64,000 nt of DNA, from assembly GCA_964479445.1 (NCBI GenBank), contig CAYZMH010000001.1, forward strand, positions 11,805 to 75,804. Direction: 5' to 3'. The position numbers and the translations under genes are program-made. Source of the DNA: an uncultured Bacteroidaceae bacterium. Lineage in GTDB: Bacteria; Bacteroidota; Bacteroidia; Bacteroidales; GCA-2748055. Of this stretch, positions 1 through 9,478 are shown in pieces; positions within the stretch are counted from its first letter, which is position 1, and every line of letters starts with the position of its first letter. The notes beneath the pieces are model-generated. The model did not search any database and was not told the origin of the DNA. It saw nothing but the letters and a program-made list of their open reading frames with translations.

Positions 1-1
1 T

Positions 2-871
2 CATAAGCATGCTTTTAAGGTACGGGTAACCGGACTTCGCGGGGGACACTCGGGTGATGAGATCCATAAAGGATTTGGTAATGCGATTAAGCTGTTGAAC
101 CGTTTTCTGTGGAACGCCGATAAACGCTTTACCATTCGAATAGCCTCTTTTGAAGGAGGGAAATTGCGCAATGCAATCCCCAGGGAAGCTGCCGCTACGC
201 TTGTACTGACGGATAAGACTGCCAATCTGCTCAGGATCTATTTTGAATCCTATAAATCCACGGTCAGCCAGGAATTAGCGGGTATCGAACCCGACTTTGA
301 TATGATCATGGAGGAGGAAACAAACATTCCTGAATTTGGTTTTACCAGGAAATTCCAACGTACCCTGATGAACATGATCTATGCCTGTCCCCATGGTGTG
401 ATCGGATGGAGCAGTGAAATTGATGGTATGGTGGAAACTTCAACAAACCTGGCAGTTATGCGCATGATCGGAGATGAGGAGATTGAGATTCTTACCAGCC
501 AGCGAAGTTCGGTGGAATCGGCCAAGCGCGATATTGCTGACCGGATCTCAGCATTGTTTCAACTCGCCGGCGGTGATGTGATTCATTCCGATGGATACCC
601 GGGATGGAAACCCGATCCCTCTTCACGTATCCTGCAGATCTCTGAGAAGATATATAAGGAGCTATTCAATCAGGAGCCGGAAGTAAAAGCAATACATGCC
701 GGATTAGAATGCGGACTGTTCCTGGAGAAGTATCCGGAGCTGGATATGATATCCTTCGGCCCCACCATCCTGGGTGCTCACACTCCGGATGAGCGCCTGG
801 ATATAGAAACAGTAAAGAAATTCTGGGATTTCCTGCTGAAAATCCTTGAGCAAACACCTGGAAAAAAATAG
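2..871 (+). CDS. pepD: aminoacyl-histidine dipeptidase (PepD, peptidase M20C), C-terminal part; the 5' end lies outside the window
   Basis: The frame of ORF 95..871 stays open back to nt 2 (..HAFKVRVTGLRGGHSGDEIHKGFGNAIKLLNRFL..). This GGHSG / GNAxKLL block is typical of PepD. The track start at 95 is only an in-frame TTG. Confidence 0.85.
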   Translation, partial: HKHAFKVRVTGLRGGHSGDEIHKGFGNAIKLLNRFLWNADKRFTIRIASFEGGKLRNAIPREAAATLVLTDKTANLLRIYFESYKSTVSQELAGIEPDFDMIMEEETNIPEFGFTRKFQRTLMNMIYACPHGVIGWSSEIDGMVETSTNLAVMRMIGDEEIEILTSQRSSVESAKRDIADRISALFQLAGGDVIHSDGYPGWKPDPSSRILQISEKIYKELFNQEPEVKAIHAGLECGLFLEKYPELDMISFGPTILGAHTPDERLDIETVKKFWDFLLKILEQTPGKK

Positions 872-881
872 CACAAACGTA

Positions 882-1043
882 TTAGTCAATCGGTTCAAAT
901 TCCGATTTGGAGACTCCGCATACAGGGCAGTACCAATCATCCGGAATATCTTCAAAAGGAGTGCCCGGAGGAACACCGCCATCGGGATCTCCCTCTTCCG
1001 GGTCATACACAAATCCACAAACCGTACATTGATATTTCTGCAT
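882..1043 (-). CDS. rubredoxin (53 aa), absent from the ORF track because it is under 60 aa
   Basis: Reverse translation gives [53 protein letters not shown]. It has both canonical iron-binding knuckles (CxxCG and CPxCG) and the conserved Y, W and F positions. The ATG lies 10 nt after the stop of the upstream gene. Confidence 0.9.
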   Translation of the reverse strand: MQKYQCTVCGFVYDPEEGDPDGGVPPGTPFEDIPDDWYCPVCGVSKSEFEPID

Positions 1044-1053
1044 AATAGATCGA

Positions 1054-1575
1054 TTAAAACCGGTAATACAATCCAGTCTCGCCGGTTAGATTCAACATCC
1101 AGTATTCATCGGTGTCCAGATAGGAGGCTACGCCGAACATTACATTGATTCCCACGCGCTCTTTAATGAGTAATTCAAGTCCGGGTCCCGCACCCACAAT
1201 CCAAGTCAAGATCGTTTGATCCTCGGGAAGATAATCATCCGCGAAAGTTTTATTATAGTGCAGGTGGTTTCCCAGGTAAAAAAAGAAACGGGACCAGCCG
1301 TTATCCTCAACCTGCATCAGACCTGTAGCACCCAGTGAGATCATGCTGCCATACTCGTCATAATAGGGGGCAAAATTCACCTGTATTCCATATTTTTTTG
1401 GCCAGTAACGGAAAGATAATCCATAACCTGTGGAAAAACCTGCTGCTGCACCGATTTCATAAACATAGGTCTGGGTAAAGTCATGGGGTGTATCCTGTGC
1501 TTTAACCGGATCAGGATTCAATATAAAGAGCCCCAACAAGAGGGTACTCACAAAAAGGGTTGCTTTATTCTGCAT
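1054..1575 (-). CDS. small exported beta-barrel-like protein (unknown family), tandem paralog A
   Basis: It has a signal peptide (..[17 protein letters not shown]), alternating-hydrophobic strands and a C-terminal GETGLYYRF ending in an aromatic residue, as in OM beta-barrels. It shares [25 protein letters not shown] and GPG.E motifs with 1587..2150. Confidence 0.6.
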   Translation of the reverse strand: MQNKATLFVSTLLLGLFILNPDPVKAQDTPHDFTQTYVYEIGAAAGFSTGYGLSFRYWPKKYGIQVNFAPYYDEYGSMISLGATGLMQVEDNGWSRFFFYLGNHLHYNKTFADDYLPEDQTILTWIVGAGPGLELLIKERVGINVMFGVASYLDTDEYWMLNLTGETGLYYRF

Positions 1576-1586
1576 GGCTGGATTGT

Positions 1587-2150
1587 TTAAAAACGATAAT
1601 AAAATGCTGTCTCTCCGCTGAACTTAATATAGTATTGCTCCTGTATGGCCCAATCTGAACGGAAACCAAACATTAGATTAAAACTGAATTTTTCTCCCAG
1701 GAGAAATTCAAATCCGGGACCGATCCCGGCTATCCATCGGTGAAAATTGGTAAGATCCCCCTGGATATACTCGTAATATTCATTTTCTTCATTCCACACC
1801 TCCTCGTATTCATAATCCCGGTTTAACATGTAGTGGTTTCCAAAATAGAGATAGAACCTGAACCAGTTGATCTTCTGCAGCTCAATGAGCATCGTGGCAC
1901 CCAGACTGCTTGTAGAATAAGCCTCATTGGAAATATAAGGCGTGGTGGTTAGTTGAATACCTATCTTGTTTGGGAAATACCGGTAGGAGATTCCGTAACC
2001 CGTGGAAAAACCGGCCGCCATACCTATGTAGTGCGTGTTATCATGTCTTTCACTACGACCGGTGTTTTTCTCCTGACCGGTTACCTGGAGAGGGATTCCG
2101 ACTAAGGACAGAACAACCAGAATAATCAGCTTTTTCATTGCATCATACAT
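1587..2150 (-). CDS. small exported beta-barrel-like protein (unknown family), tandem paralog B
   Basis: It has a signal peptide (KKLIILVVLSLVGIPLQVTGQ), the same motif set as 1054..1575 and a C-terminal GETAFYYRF. Confidence 0.6.
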   Translation of the reverse strand: MYDAMKKLIILVVLSLVGIPLQVTGQEKNTGRSERHDNTHYIGMAAGFSTGYGISYRYFPNKIGIQLTTTPYISNEAYSTSSLGATMLIELQKINWFRFYLYFGNHYMLNRDYEYEEVWNEENEYYEYIQGDLTNFHRWIAGIGPGFEFLLGEKFSFNLMFGFRSDWAIQEQYYIKFSGETAFYYRF

Positions 2151-2198
2151 TTACATGCTAAGATAGAATTATTTTGGAAAATCCGGTGGTGTGATGCC

Positions 2199-3083
2199 TT
2201 ACCCGTGCGATAAATTCAGCCTCTTTTTTCCTGACTTCATTCGATCAGACCAGATCGCTGCACTTAAAAACATCCCTGTTATCACCTCTTCGCTCTCGTA
2301 GTTGTATTCCGATCCGTTCATACTGTGCGGGATCATGTAGGCTGCGAAGAGAATCGCTGCTGCCAGTACCGCCAGCCAGGGGCGTTCTTTTTTCCGGTTG
2401 AACCACCAGGCGATAAACCAGGCAATGGCCGAAAACAATACCTTGTTATCGGTGAGATCCTCTCCGGCCGGCCAGCCGGTCCAGAACTGCCCGAATGCAT
2501 ATTTCTGAACAATGGGACCAAAGATCAATCCCCCTGTTGCAAAGAGCACAATTGCAATTACCATGTTACGGCGGTAGGAGGGAACCCGGAAAACGGCCTG
2601 TAATCCGGTGGCATTGGACCATAACATGGCAAGAAACATAAGAATCACGTGCGGTATAAGAGCCCATTGAGGAACCGATCCCTTAAAACGTATAACATTG
2701 TTTTGATGCTCCTGTAAATCCACTGGATTCTGCCTGTTGAAAAGCTCCAGGTGATACTCGAGCTTCCCTGCGGGAGGCTGGTGTGGCAAGCTTGCCGTAA
2801 GGGTGTCCCCGCTCCGCTTCATGGTAACGGTATCCCAGGACTCCCCGGTTGGGAAACGCCTGTAAATAACCCTGCCTTCAACTTCCGGATGCATCCGGAT
2901 GGCAATCCGGGCATCACCGGGTCCGCCATGCGAACGGGGTACCTCGAAGCGATAACGATTACCCTCTATGGTAACTTCGTAGGATTTCGGGTGGGTGGGG
3001 CCTGTCATACGCTGGTATACAGAGGCCCCAAGGGTGACCAGGATGGCTGCTGCCCAGATCAGGGTTCCTTTGAATCTCTTCAT
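2199..3083 (-). CDS. hypothetical integral membrane protein
   Basis: The protein has an N-terminal TM helix, a soluble segment of about 130 aa, then 4-5 hydrophobic helices (LIPHVILMFLAMLW, MVIAIVLFATGGLIFGPIV, VLFSAIAWFIAWWF, WLAVLAAAILFAAYMI). I recognise no family. Confidence 0.55.
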   Translation of the reverse strand: MKRFKGTLIWAAAILVTLGASVYQRMTGPTHPKSYEVTIEGNRYRFEVPRSHGGPGDARIAIRMHPEVEGRVIYRRFPTGESWDTVTMKRSGDTLTASLPHQPPAGKLEYHLELFNRQNPVDLQEHQNNVIRFKGSVPQWALIPHVILMFLAMLWSNATGLQAVFRVPSYRRNMVIAIVLFATGGLIFGPIVQKYAFGQFWTGWPAGEDLTDNKVLFSAIAWFIAWWFNRKKERPWLAVLAAAILFAAYMIPHSMNGSEYNYESEEVITGMFLSAAIWSDRMKSGKKRLNLSHG

Positions 3084-3088
3084 AACAA

Positions 3089-4888
3089 TTACAGTTGAAT
3101 CAACAGGTCAAGGGTATCCTGTTTCCGTTTAACCGTTACAATCACATTCTGTCCCTTCTCCAGTTTTCCCAGTCGGGTCATGTAATCATACACATTTCCC
3201 ACCGGTTTTCCGTCCAGGGCCTTTATCGTATCCCCGTCTTTCATTCCGCCGATTGCAGCAGGTTTTCCTTCACTGACAAACATGACAGGCATGCCTTTGT
3301 TTCCTTCGTAGGTCACATCAGGCATCAGGCCCAGGGTTACTTCTCCATATCCATGGCGCGAGGGCGAGGCAGCTTTCGGACCGGCTCTCGAGTAGGGTAT
3401 GGAATCCCGGTAATCTCCTAGCTCATAAGCCAGATCGGCAATAAAACTGATTACCTCGACCATCCCTTCATAATTGAGCTCTGAGGGAGTGTCTGCCGGG
3501 GTATGATAATCGGAGTGGGCTCCCGTTGAGATAAACAATACCGGTATATCTTTGGCGTAAAAGGAGGCATGATCGGAGGGTCCATACCCTTCGCGGGAAT
3601 ATTGTATCCGGAATTCATACTTCTTGTTGACCGTGTCAATAAGACTTCTGAATATGGGAGAAGTTCCCACACCCCCGATCCGAAGCCGACGGTCTTTTCT
3701 TAGTCTCCCTACCATATCTAAGTTTATCATTGTTTTGACCCGATTGATCGCAACAGGGGGATGATCTGCAAAATACCGGGATCCCAGCAGGCCCAGCTCC
3801 TCTGCTCCGAATGTGGCGAAGATAAAACTCCTGGCAGGAGAACGGGAAACCAGGTTCTCCGAAATCTGAATAACACCGGTTACCCCTGATGCATTGTCAT
3901 CTGCCCCGTAATGGATAGCCATGGTATCAGGCTGACGGGATGAAGAGCCTTTTCCACCCCGGCCCAGGTGATCGTGGTGGGCGCCTATCATTATATACTC
4001 ACCGGCATAAGAGGGGACAGATCCTTTCATGGAGGCAAAAACATTATGGGTCTGAATAGTTTCGGTGATGATCTCCGTGACCGCTTCAATCTCTCGCTCT
4101 ATTACCAGGGATAGAGGAACCATCTCTTTTTCAATCTCCTTTTGAAGGGCTTCCACGGTATATCCTTTTTGACTGAAAATATGTGTATTTGCAGCCTGGC
4201 GGGCCATATGCAGAATGGGGATATCCATTGGCGGTTTCCGGTCGTTATAGAAATGAAGCGTATCCTGCGGATTCTTACCGGGCGGGTCAATGAAGATTAC
4301 ACCTGCAGCACCCCGGTCGGCAGCTTCCAACGCCTTATTTCGCAGTGGAGTATAGTCCCTGAAACTCTTTTCTTGCTGATCAGGGCCGGGATGCCCTGTA
4401 AAAAGGATCACCCAGCAGTCTTGTAGATCCACTCCCCGGTAACTGTTCCATTGCATGCTGTCTGTATCGATGATAAACCCGTACCCGGCAAAAACAGCGG
4501 GGGCCGATGTCGTTCCGGATGCTGAAAAAGAACTGACAATGAAATCGTTGTTCTTACTCAGTGGCTTGCCCTCTACCGATAACGAAATAACCGGACCGGG
4601 TTTTACCCGTATCGGAACCGGGAAGGTTTGAATACCCTCCTGCTCACCGGCAACCAGCCCGGCCCGGTCAAACTGCCGGGCAATGTAGTGCGTCAATGCA
4701 CTGTCATCTTCGGTTCCGGGGTAACGGCCCTCCAGACTGTCGGAGGCCAGGAATTGAACGATTGACTGGATTTCACCTCTGGTGATCTCCTTTTCAAAAT
4801 TTGGGGAACAGCCGGTTATCAGAATCAAATAACCAGCTATTGTTAAATGAGATACGGCTCTTGAGATGGAGTTGTATGGTCTATTCAT
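3089..4888 (-). CDS. M28 family zinc aminopeptidase lipoprotein with PA domain and C-terminal PDZ domain
   Basis: Lipobox LILITGC. M28 metal and catalytic motifs are present: GAHHDHLG, DDNASG, GAEELGLLGS, NLDMVG, SDH. The C-terminal 90 aa (GLMPDVTYEG..GMKDGDTIKALDGKPV..) look like a PDZ domain. Confidence 0.8.
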   Translation of the reverse strand: MNRPYNSISRAVSHLTIAGYLILITGCSPNFEKEITRGEIQSIVQFLASDSLEGRYPGTEDDSALTHYIARQFDRAGLVAGEQEGIQTFPVPIRVKPGPVISLSVEGKPLSKNNDFIVSSFSASGTTSAPAVFAGYGFIIDTDSMQWNSYRGVDLQDCWVILFTGHPGPDQQEKSFRDYTPLRNKALEAADRGAAGVIFIDPPGKNPQDTLHFYNDRKPPMDIPILHMARQAANTHIFSQKGYTVEALQKEIEKEMVPLSLVIEREIEAVTEIITETIQTHNVFASMKGSVPSYAGEYIMIGAHHDHLGRGGKGSSSRQPDTMAIHYGADDNASGVTGVIQISENLVSRSPARSFIFATFGAEELGLLGSRYFADHPPVAINRVKTMINLDMVGRLRKDRRLRIGGVGTSPIFRSLIDTVNKKYEFRIQYSREGYGPSDHASFYAKDIPVLFISTGAHSDYHTPADTPSELNYEGMVEVISFIADLAYELGDYRDSIPYSRAGPKAASPSRHGYGEVTLGLMPDVTYEGNKGMPVMFVSEGKPAAIGGMKDGDTIKALDGKPVGNVYDYMTRLGKLEKGQNVIVTVKRKQDTLDLLIQL

Positions 4889-4999
4889 GGTTCAGAGAAT
4901 CAATGATTATGCAGGGAATTGTGTATGAAAGTAATAATTCTGGAAGAAATCCGGAAAAATTTTGTGAAGCAGGAAACTATTTATACTTTTACACAATAG

Positions 5000-5017
5000 T
5001 TAGACAATAATGTCAAA
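5000..5017. promoter_or_regulatory. candidate TetR operator (imperfect palindrome TTAGACAATAATGTCAAA)
   Basis: 14 of 18 positions are self-complementary around GACA-ATAA-TGTC. The site lies about 30 nt upstream of the TetR ATG. Confidence 0.25.
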
Positions 5018-5044
5018 CAAATAGGTTTAACATAAACGTCAATT

Positions 5045-5656
5045 ATGGAATTATCCTCCGAAACGGAAAAGCGAATTATAGAAGCTGCTGAAAAGATTTT
5101 TTACCTCCGCGGCAAAGCAGGTGCCTCCATGCAGGAGATCGCTGATGAGGCAGACATAACACGTACCTCCCTGAACTATTACTATCGGAGTAAGGATAAG
5201 TTATTTGAGGCGGTTTTCAGATCAGCACTGGGGAGTTTTGTTCCTCACCTGGCAAGGTTGTTGAGAACAGATATTTCTATCCGTGAATACTTACCGGAGA
5301 TGATCACCATGATCATCGATACCATGATCGAAAAGCCACAGATCCCGGTTTTTGTGCTGCAGGAGATATCTTCAAACCCTTCCAGGATGCAACAGATAAT
5401 CCGGGAAATGGGCATCGACCCTCAGATAGCGATCGATAAATTCACCCGGGATTGTGAACTGGAACATCTGCCGATAGATCCAAGGCAGGTCCTGATGAAT
5501 GTACTCTCCCTCGGTATTTTTCCATTTGCTGCAAAACCCATCGTAGTTTCAATTCTCTATCGCGGGGATGAGAACGCTTACAGGGAAGCAATGGACAAAC
5601 GAAAAGAGCTATTGCCTCCGATGATCCTGGAGTCTCTTAAAAACCTTGAAACATGA
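5045..5656 (+). CDS. TetR/AcrR family transcriptional regulator
   Basis: An N-terminal HTH (ASMQEIADEADITRTSLNYYYRSKDKLF) is present. The stop overlaps the start of the downstream TolC-like gene (ATGA). Confidence 0.85.
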   Translation: MELSSETEKRIIEAAEKIFYLRGKAGASMQEIADEADITRTSLNYYYRSKDKLFEAVFRSALGSFVPHLARLLRTDISIREYLPEMITMIIDTMIEKPQIPVFVLQEISSNPSRMQQIIREMGIDPQIAIDKFTRDCELEHLPIDPRQVLMNVLSLGIFPFAAKPIVVSILYRGDENAYREAMDKRKELLPPMILESLKNLET

Positions 5657-6918
5657 AATATCTGATTTTCCCGGCTTTATTGTTCCTGCAAATTACACTA
5701 TGGGGCCAGGACACATTGAATCTTGACTGGTGTATCCAACAGGCGGTTGAACACGCTCCGCAGCGTGCCAATCGCGAACAGATCCATCGAAAGGGATCTT
5801 TACAGCAGGAAAATATCCAGACAAACTGGCTGCCCACCCTGGCCCTCAATGGACAGGTTACCTATCAATCCGATGTGGTAAGCCTGGAAATGAGTGATCC
5901 TTCCGTTCCGTTCTCTTTTCCGGATATGCCCCACGAACAGGTGGCACTGAACCTGGATGTGGAACAGACACTCTACGACGGCGGTACTATTACACGAAAG
6001 AAGACCTTGGATCGAATAGAAACCGAAACCGCCCTGCAGCAACTGAAAGTGGATCTCTATGGAATCCGGGAGAACATAACTCAACTTTACTTCTCGGTTC
6101 TGTTACTACAGGAAAACCGGGAAAATGCAGAGATTGCGCTGGATAACCTGAAACAACAGGAAACCCTGGTTCAGGCTGCTCTTGAAAACGGAACTGCCAT
6201 GGAATCCGACCTGCACATTATACGGGTTGAGATCATGGAGATCCTTCAATCACTGGATGAGCTGGATGCCCGGCGCAATGCATTGATTCAGATGATAGCG
6301 ATCCATACTGGAAAAGAGCTGAAACCTGAAACAGTTTGTAAGGTGCCTTACCTGGAGGTGGAGGAGGATTCTGCACTTGTGCGGCCCGAAATGGAACTTT
6401 TTGAATTACAGTCCGCTACTCTGGAAGCCGGAAAAGAACTGGTTCAAGCCAGGCGAAGGCCCCGCGTGTTTGCATTCGGACAGGCAGGATACGGACTTCC
6501 GGGCTATAATATGCTTAATGACGACTGGGATACCTACTACAGGATAGGTGCCGGTGTGCGCTGGCAGATACTGGACTGGAATCAGGTAAAGAGAGAACAA
6601 CAAATTTTTGATGCCCGCCAACAGATGGTCTATAATAACCGGAACAGCTTCGAGCAACAGATCAATGCGGCCATGGTTAAAGAGCGGGAACAGATAAAGC
6701 ATTACCGACATGCGATCGAAATGGATCGTAAAATGCTGAAAATGCGCCGGGAAATAACCCGGGATGCCGCCTCCCGGTTAGAAAACGGGGTTATCAATGC
6801 CACCGAATACACCGTAGAGCTCAACAGGGAACAGCGAGTCCGTGTAAAACTAACCACACACAAAATCAAGCTATTACAAGGTATTGCCAACTATAAAACA
6901 CTTCAGGGAACCTTATAA
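5653..6918 (+). CDS. TolC family outer membrane efflux protein
   Basis: It has a signal peptide, a two-repeat coiled-coil/beta architecture of the right size (421 aa) and sits in an efflux operon. Confidence 0.8.
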   Translation: MKYLIFPALLFLQITLWGQDTLNLDWCIQQAVEHAPQRANREQIHRKGSLQQENIQTNWLPTLALNGQVTYQSDVVSLEMSDPSVPFSFPDMPHEQVALNLDVEQTLYDGGTITRKKTLDRIETETALQQLKVDLYGIRENITQLYFSVLLLQENRENAEIALDNLKQQETLVQAALENGTAMESDLHIIRVEIMEILQSLDELDARRNALIQMIAIHTGKELKPETVCKVPYLEVEEDSALVRPEMELFELQSATLEAGKELVQARRRPRVFAFGQAGYGLPGYNMLNDDWDTYYRIGAGVRWQILDWNQVKREQQIFDARQQMVYNNRNSFEQQINAAMVKEREQIKHYRHAIEMDRKMLKMRREITRDAASRLENGVINATEYTVELNREQRVRVKLTTHKIKLLQGIANYKTLQGTL

Positions 6919-6929
6919 AAGAAAACGTT

Positions 6930-7808
6930 ATGAGAATAGTATCGTGGATAGGAATAGGATCCATCATTCTGTGCAGCGCCTGCCAATCCGGGGAACAAAC
7001 ATCCGATGCCTTCGGTAATTTCGAGGCCGAGGAGGTGCTGGTATCTGCCGAATCACAGGGTAGATTAATTGATTTTTCCATCAGGGAGGGAGATGATCTT
7101 CAGGCGGGCATAATTACCGCCGTTATCGATACAACGGGATTGCACCTGAAAAAAAGGCAACTGGCCGTGGCCATGCAAACCCTTCATACAAAAATGAAAA
7201 CCCTCCGCTCACAGATTGAAATAAAAAAGATCGAAAAAGAGAACCTGGACCGCGAACTGGCCCGGGTAAAACGCCTGTTAAAAGATGGAGCTGCCACCAT
7301 TCGGCAGCGTGATGATCTGAAGGGGAAAGTCAGGGTAGCTGAAGCAGGCATCCGGTCGCTGGAATCACAAATGTCTACGCTGTACGCGGAACGGGAGTCT
7401 TTCGGGGTACAGATCCAGCAGGTAAATAACCAACTCGAGCACGCACGGGTAAAGAATCCGCTCAAAGGGGTGGTTCTTCAGAAATATAAAAAAGAGGGCG
7501 AAGTGGTGGCTCCGGGCCAGGCTTTATATAAAATTGCGAATCTGGATCAGCTGATTCTGCGGGCCTATGTGAGCGGAAATCAGCTGTCGGAAGTGAAACT
7601 TGGGGCTGAAAGTCTCGTTCTATATGATACCCCGGACGGTTTAAAAGAGATACCGGGAACCATCTCATGGGTTGCTTCCGAGGCGGAGTTTACTCCCAGG
7701 ATCATCCAGACCCGGGAAGAACGGGTTAACCTGGTCTATGCCATCAAGGTGCGGGTGGAGAATGATGGAAGCTTAAAGATCGGAATGCCGGGAGAAATCA
7801 GGTTTTAA
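6930..7808 (+). CDS. HlyD/YbhG-like membrane fusion (periplasmic adaptor) lipoprotein
   Basis: Lipobox ILCSAC, a long coiled-coil and a C-terminal barrel segment (..VYAIKVRVENDGSLKIGMPGEIRF). Confidence 0.8.
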   Translation: MRIVSWIGIGSIILCSACQSGEQTSDAFGNFEAEEVLVSAESQGRLIDFSIREGDDLQAGIITAVIDTTGLHLKKRQLAVAMQTLHTKMKTLRSQIEIKKIEKENLDRELARVKRLLKDGAATIRQRDDLKGKVRVAEAGIRSLESQMSTLYAERESFGVQIQQVNNQLEHARVKNPLKGVVLQKYKKEGEVVAPGQALYKIANLDQLILRAYVSGNQLSEVKLGAESLVLYDTPDGLKEIPGTISWVASEAEFTPRIIQTREERVNLVYAIKVRVENDGSLKIGMPGEIRF

Positions 7809-7809
7809 A

Positions 7810-8733
7810 ATGAAGTATCTCATTCAGGCAGAGCGTCTGTCAAAATCTTTTGGCCAGGTCCGGGCAATCAACAATGTCCGTCTCGGGATTGAACAGGGAG
7901 AACTGTTTGGACTGATAGGTCCCGATGGAGCTGGTAAAACCACCCTTTTCAGGATTCTTGTAACCCTGCTCTGTCCTGATGAAGGGGAGGCATGGGTAAA
8001 CGGGTATCACAGCATAAGGGATTCCAGGAAGATCCGCGACCTGATTGGCTACATGCCCGGCAGATTCAGCCTGTACCAGGATCTTTCGGTGCAGGAGAAC
8101 CTGGAGTTCTACGCAACGGTATTCGGAACCACCATCCATGAAAATTATGATATGATCAAAGAGGTCTACCGGCATATCGAACCGTTCCGCGACCGGCTGG
8201 CCGGTCGTCTTTCGGGAGGTATGAAACAGAAACTGGCCCTCTCCTGCGCATTGATTCACAGGCCTTCCATACTTATTCTGGATGAGCCGACAACCGGGGT
8301 AGACGCGGTCTCCAGAAAAGAGTTCTGGGAAATGCTCAAACACATTCAAAAGGAGGGTATAACCATTCTGGTATCGACCCCCTATATGGATGAGGCAGCC
8401 CGGTGCGACCGCATTGCCCTGATGCAAAAAGGTTCAATCCTGGGTATCGATCGACCCGACAAAATGCCGCATTCCGGCCGGCATCCCATGTACTGCCTGA
8501 AAAGTGAAAATGATCTCTATAACCTCTTGCTTAAGGTCAGAAAACAGGTTCCGTGCAAAACAGCGTATCTTTTTGGTAATGAAATTCATGTAACACTGGA
8601 AAAGGAGGGTGACAGAAAGAATGCCGGATCCATTATACAGTCCTGGAACGATCCGACCCTCTCCTGGGAACCCATGCACCCGGGAATTGAAGACTATTTC
8701 ATGGAATTAATGGTGGAAAGTGACGATGGATAA
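7810..8733 (+). CDS. ABC transporter ATP-binding protein (YbhF-like, first half)
   Basis: Walker A GPDGAGKTT, signature LSGGMKQK, Walker B ILILDEPTTGVD. Confidence 0.9.
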   Translation: MKYLIQAERLSKSFGQVRAINNVRLGIEQGELFGLIGPDGAGKTTLFRILVTLLCPDEGEAWVNGYHSIRDSRKIRDLIGYMPGRFSLYQDLSVQENLEFYATVFGTTIHENYDMIKEVYRHIEPFRDRLAGRLSGGMKQKLALSCALIHRPSILILDEPTTGVDAVSRKEFWEMLKHIQKEGITILVSTPYMDEAARCDRIALMQKGSILGIDRPDKMPHSGRHPMYCLKSENDLYNLLLKVRKQVPCKTAYLFGNEIHVTLEKEGDRKNAGSIIQSWNDPTLSWEPMHPGIEDYFMELMVESDDG

Positions 8734-9478
8734 AGGCGATTCGATCATAACGGTAAAAGAGTTGGTGAAAAGGTTCGGGTCCTTTACTGCCAATGATCAT
8801 CTTACCTTTGATGTGAAAAAGGGAGAGATATTTGGATTCCTGGGAGCAAACGGGGCGGGTAAGACTACCGCAATGCGAATTCTGTGCGGTCTGTCATATC
8901 CCTCATCGGGTCAGATCCGGGTTGCGGGTTATGATGTCTATACCCAACGTGAACAGATCAAACGAAGCATAGGGTATATGTCACAGAAATTCTCTCTTTA
9001 CGAGGATCTGACGGTATCGGAGAACATCCGTCTCTATGCGGGTATTTATGGAATGAAGCGCAAGGAGATCAGGGAACGGGAGCAACAGTTGCTTGAGCGG
9101 TTGGGTATGCAGCGCATAAAGGACAGGTTGATCAGTACCATTCCCCTGGGCTGGAAGCAGAAACTTGCTTTTTCTGTAGCTATATTTCACCAGCCCCGCA
9201 TTGTGTTCCTCGATGAGCCTACCGGCGGGGTGGATCCCGTTACACGGCGTAAGTTCTGGGAACTGATTCACGATGCAACGCGCGAGGACATAACCGTATT
9301 TGTGACAACACACTATATGGATGAAGCGGAGTACTGTGACAGGGTTTCTATCATGGTCGATGGTCGGATCGAGGCACTGGATTCTCCGCTGAAACTGAGG
9401 AAAAAATATGGGGTGGAAACTATGAACGATGTCTTTTTGCGTCTTGCAAGAATCTCTAAAAACAACCATTATGAATAA
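8720..9478 (+). CDS. ABC transporter ATP-binding protein (YbhF-like, second half)
   Basis: Walker A GANGAGKTT, variant signature PLGWKQKLAF, Walker B IVFLDEPTGGVD. The gene overlaps the upstream ATPase gene by 14 nt. Confidence 0.9.
   Translation: MTMDKGDSIITVKELVKRFGSFTANDHLTFDVKKGEIFGFLGANGAGKTTAMRILCGLSYPSSGQIRVAGYDVYTQREQIKRSIGYMSQKFSLYEDLTVSENIRLYAGIYGMKRKEIREREQQLLERLGMQRIKDRLISTIPLGWKQKLAFSVAIFHQPRIVFLDEPTGGVDPVTRRKFWELIHDATREDITVFVTTHYMDEAEYCDRVSIMVDGRIEALDSPLKLRKKYGVETMNDVFLRLARISKNNHYE

Noticed and set aside
846-1148. 100-aa plus-strand ORF between pepD and the barrel genes.
   Set aside because: It is the in-phase antisense shadow of the rubredoxin gene and of the 3' end of the barrel gene. 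The sequence is Arg/Ser/Ile-rich with no motifs, whereas the opposite strand encodes a textbook rubredoxin.
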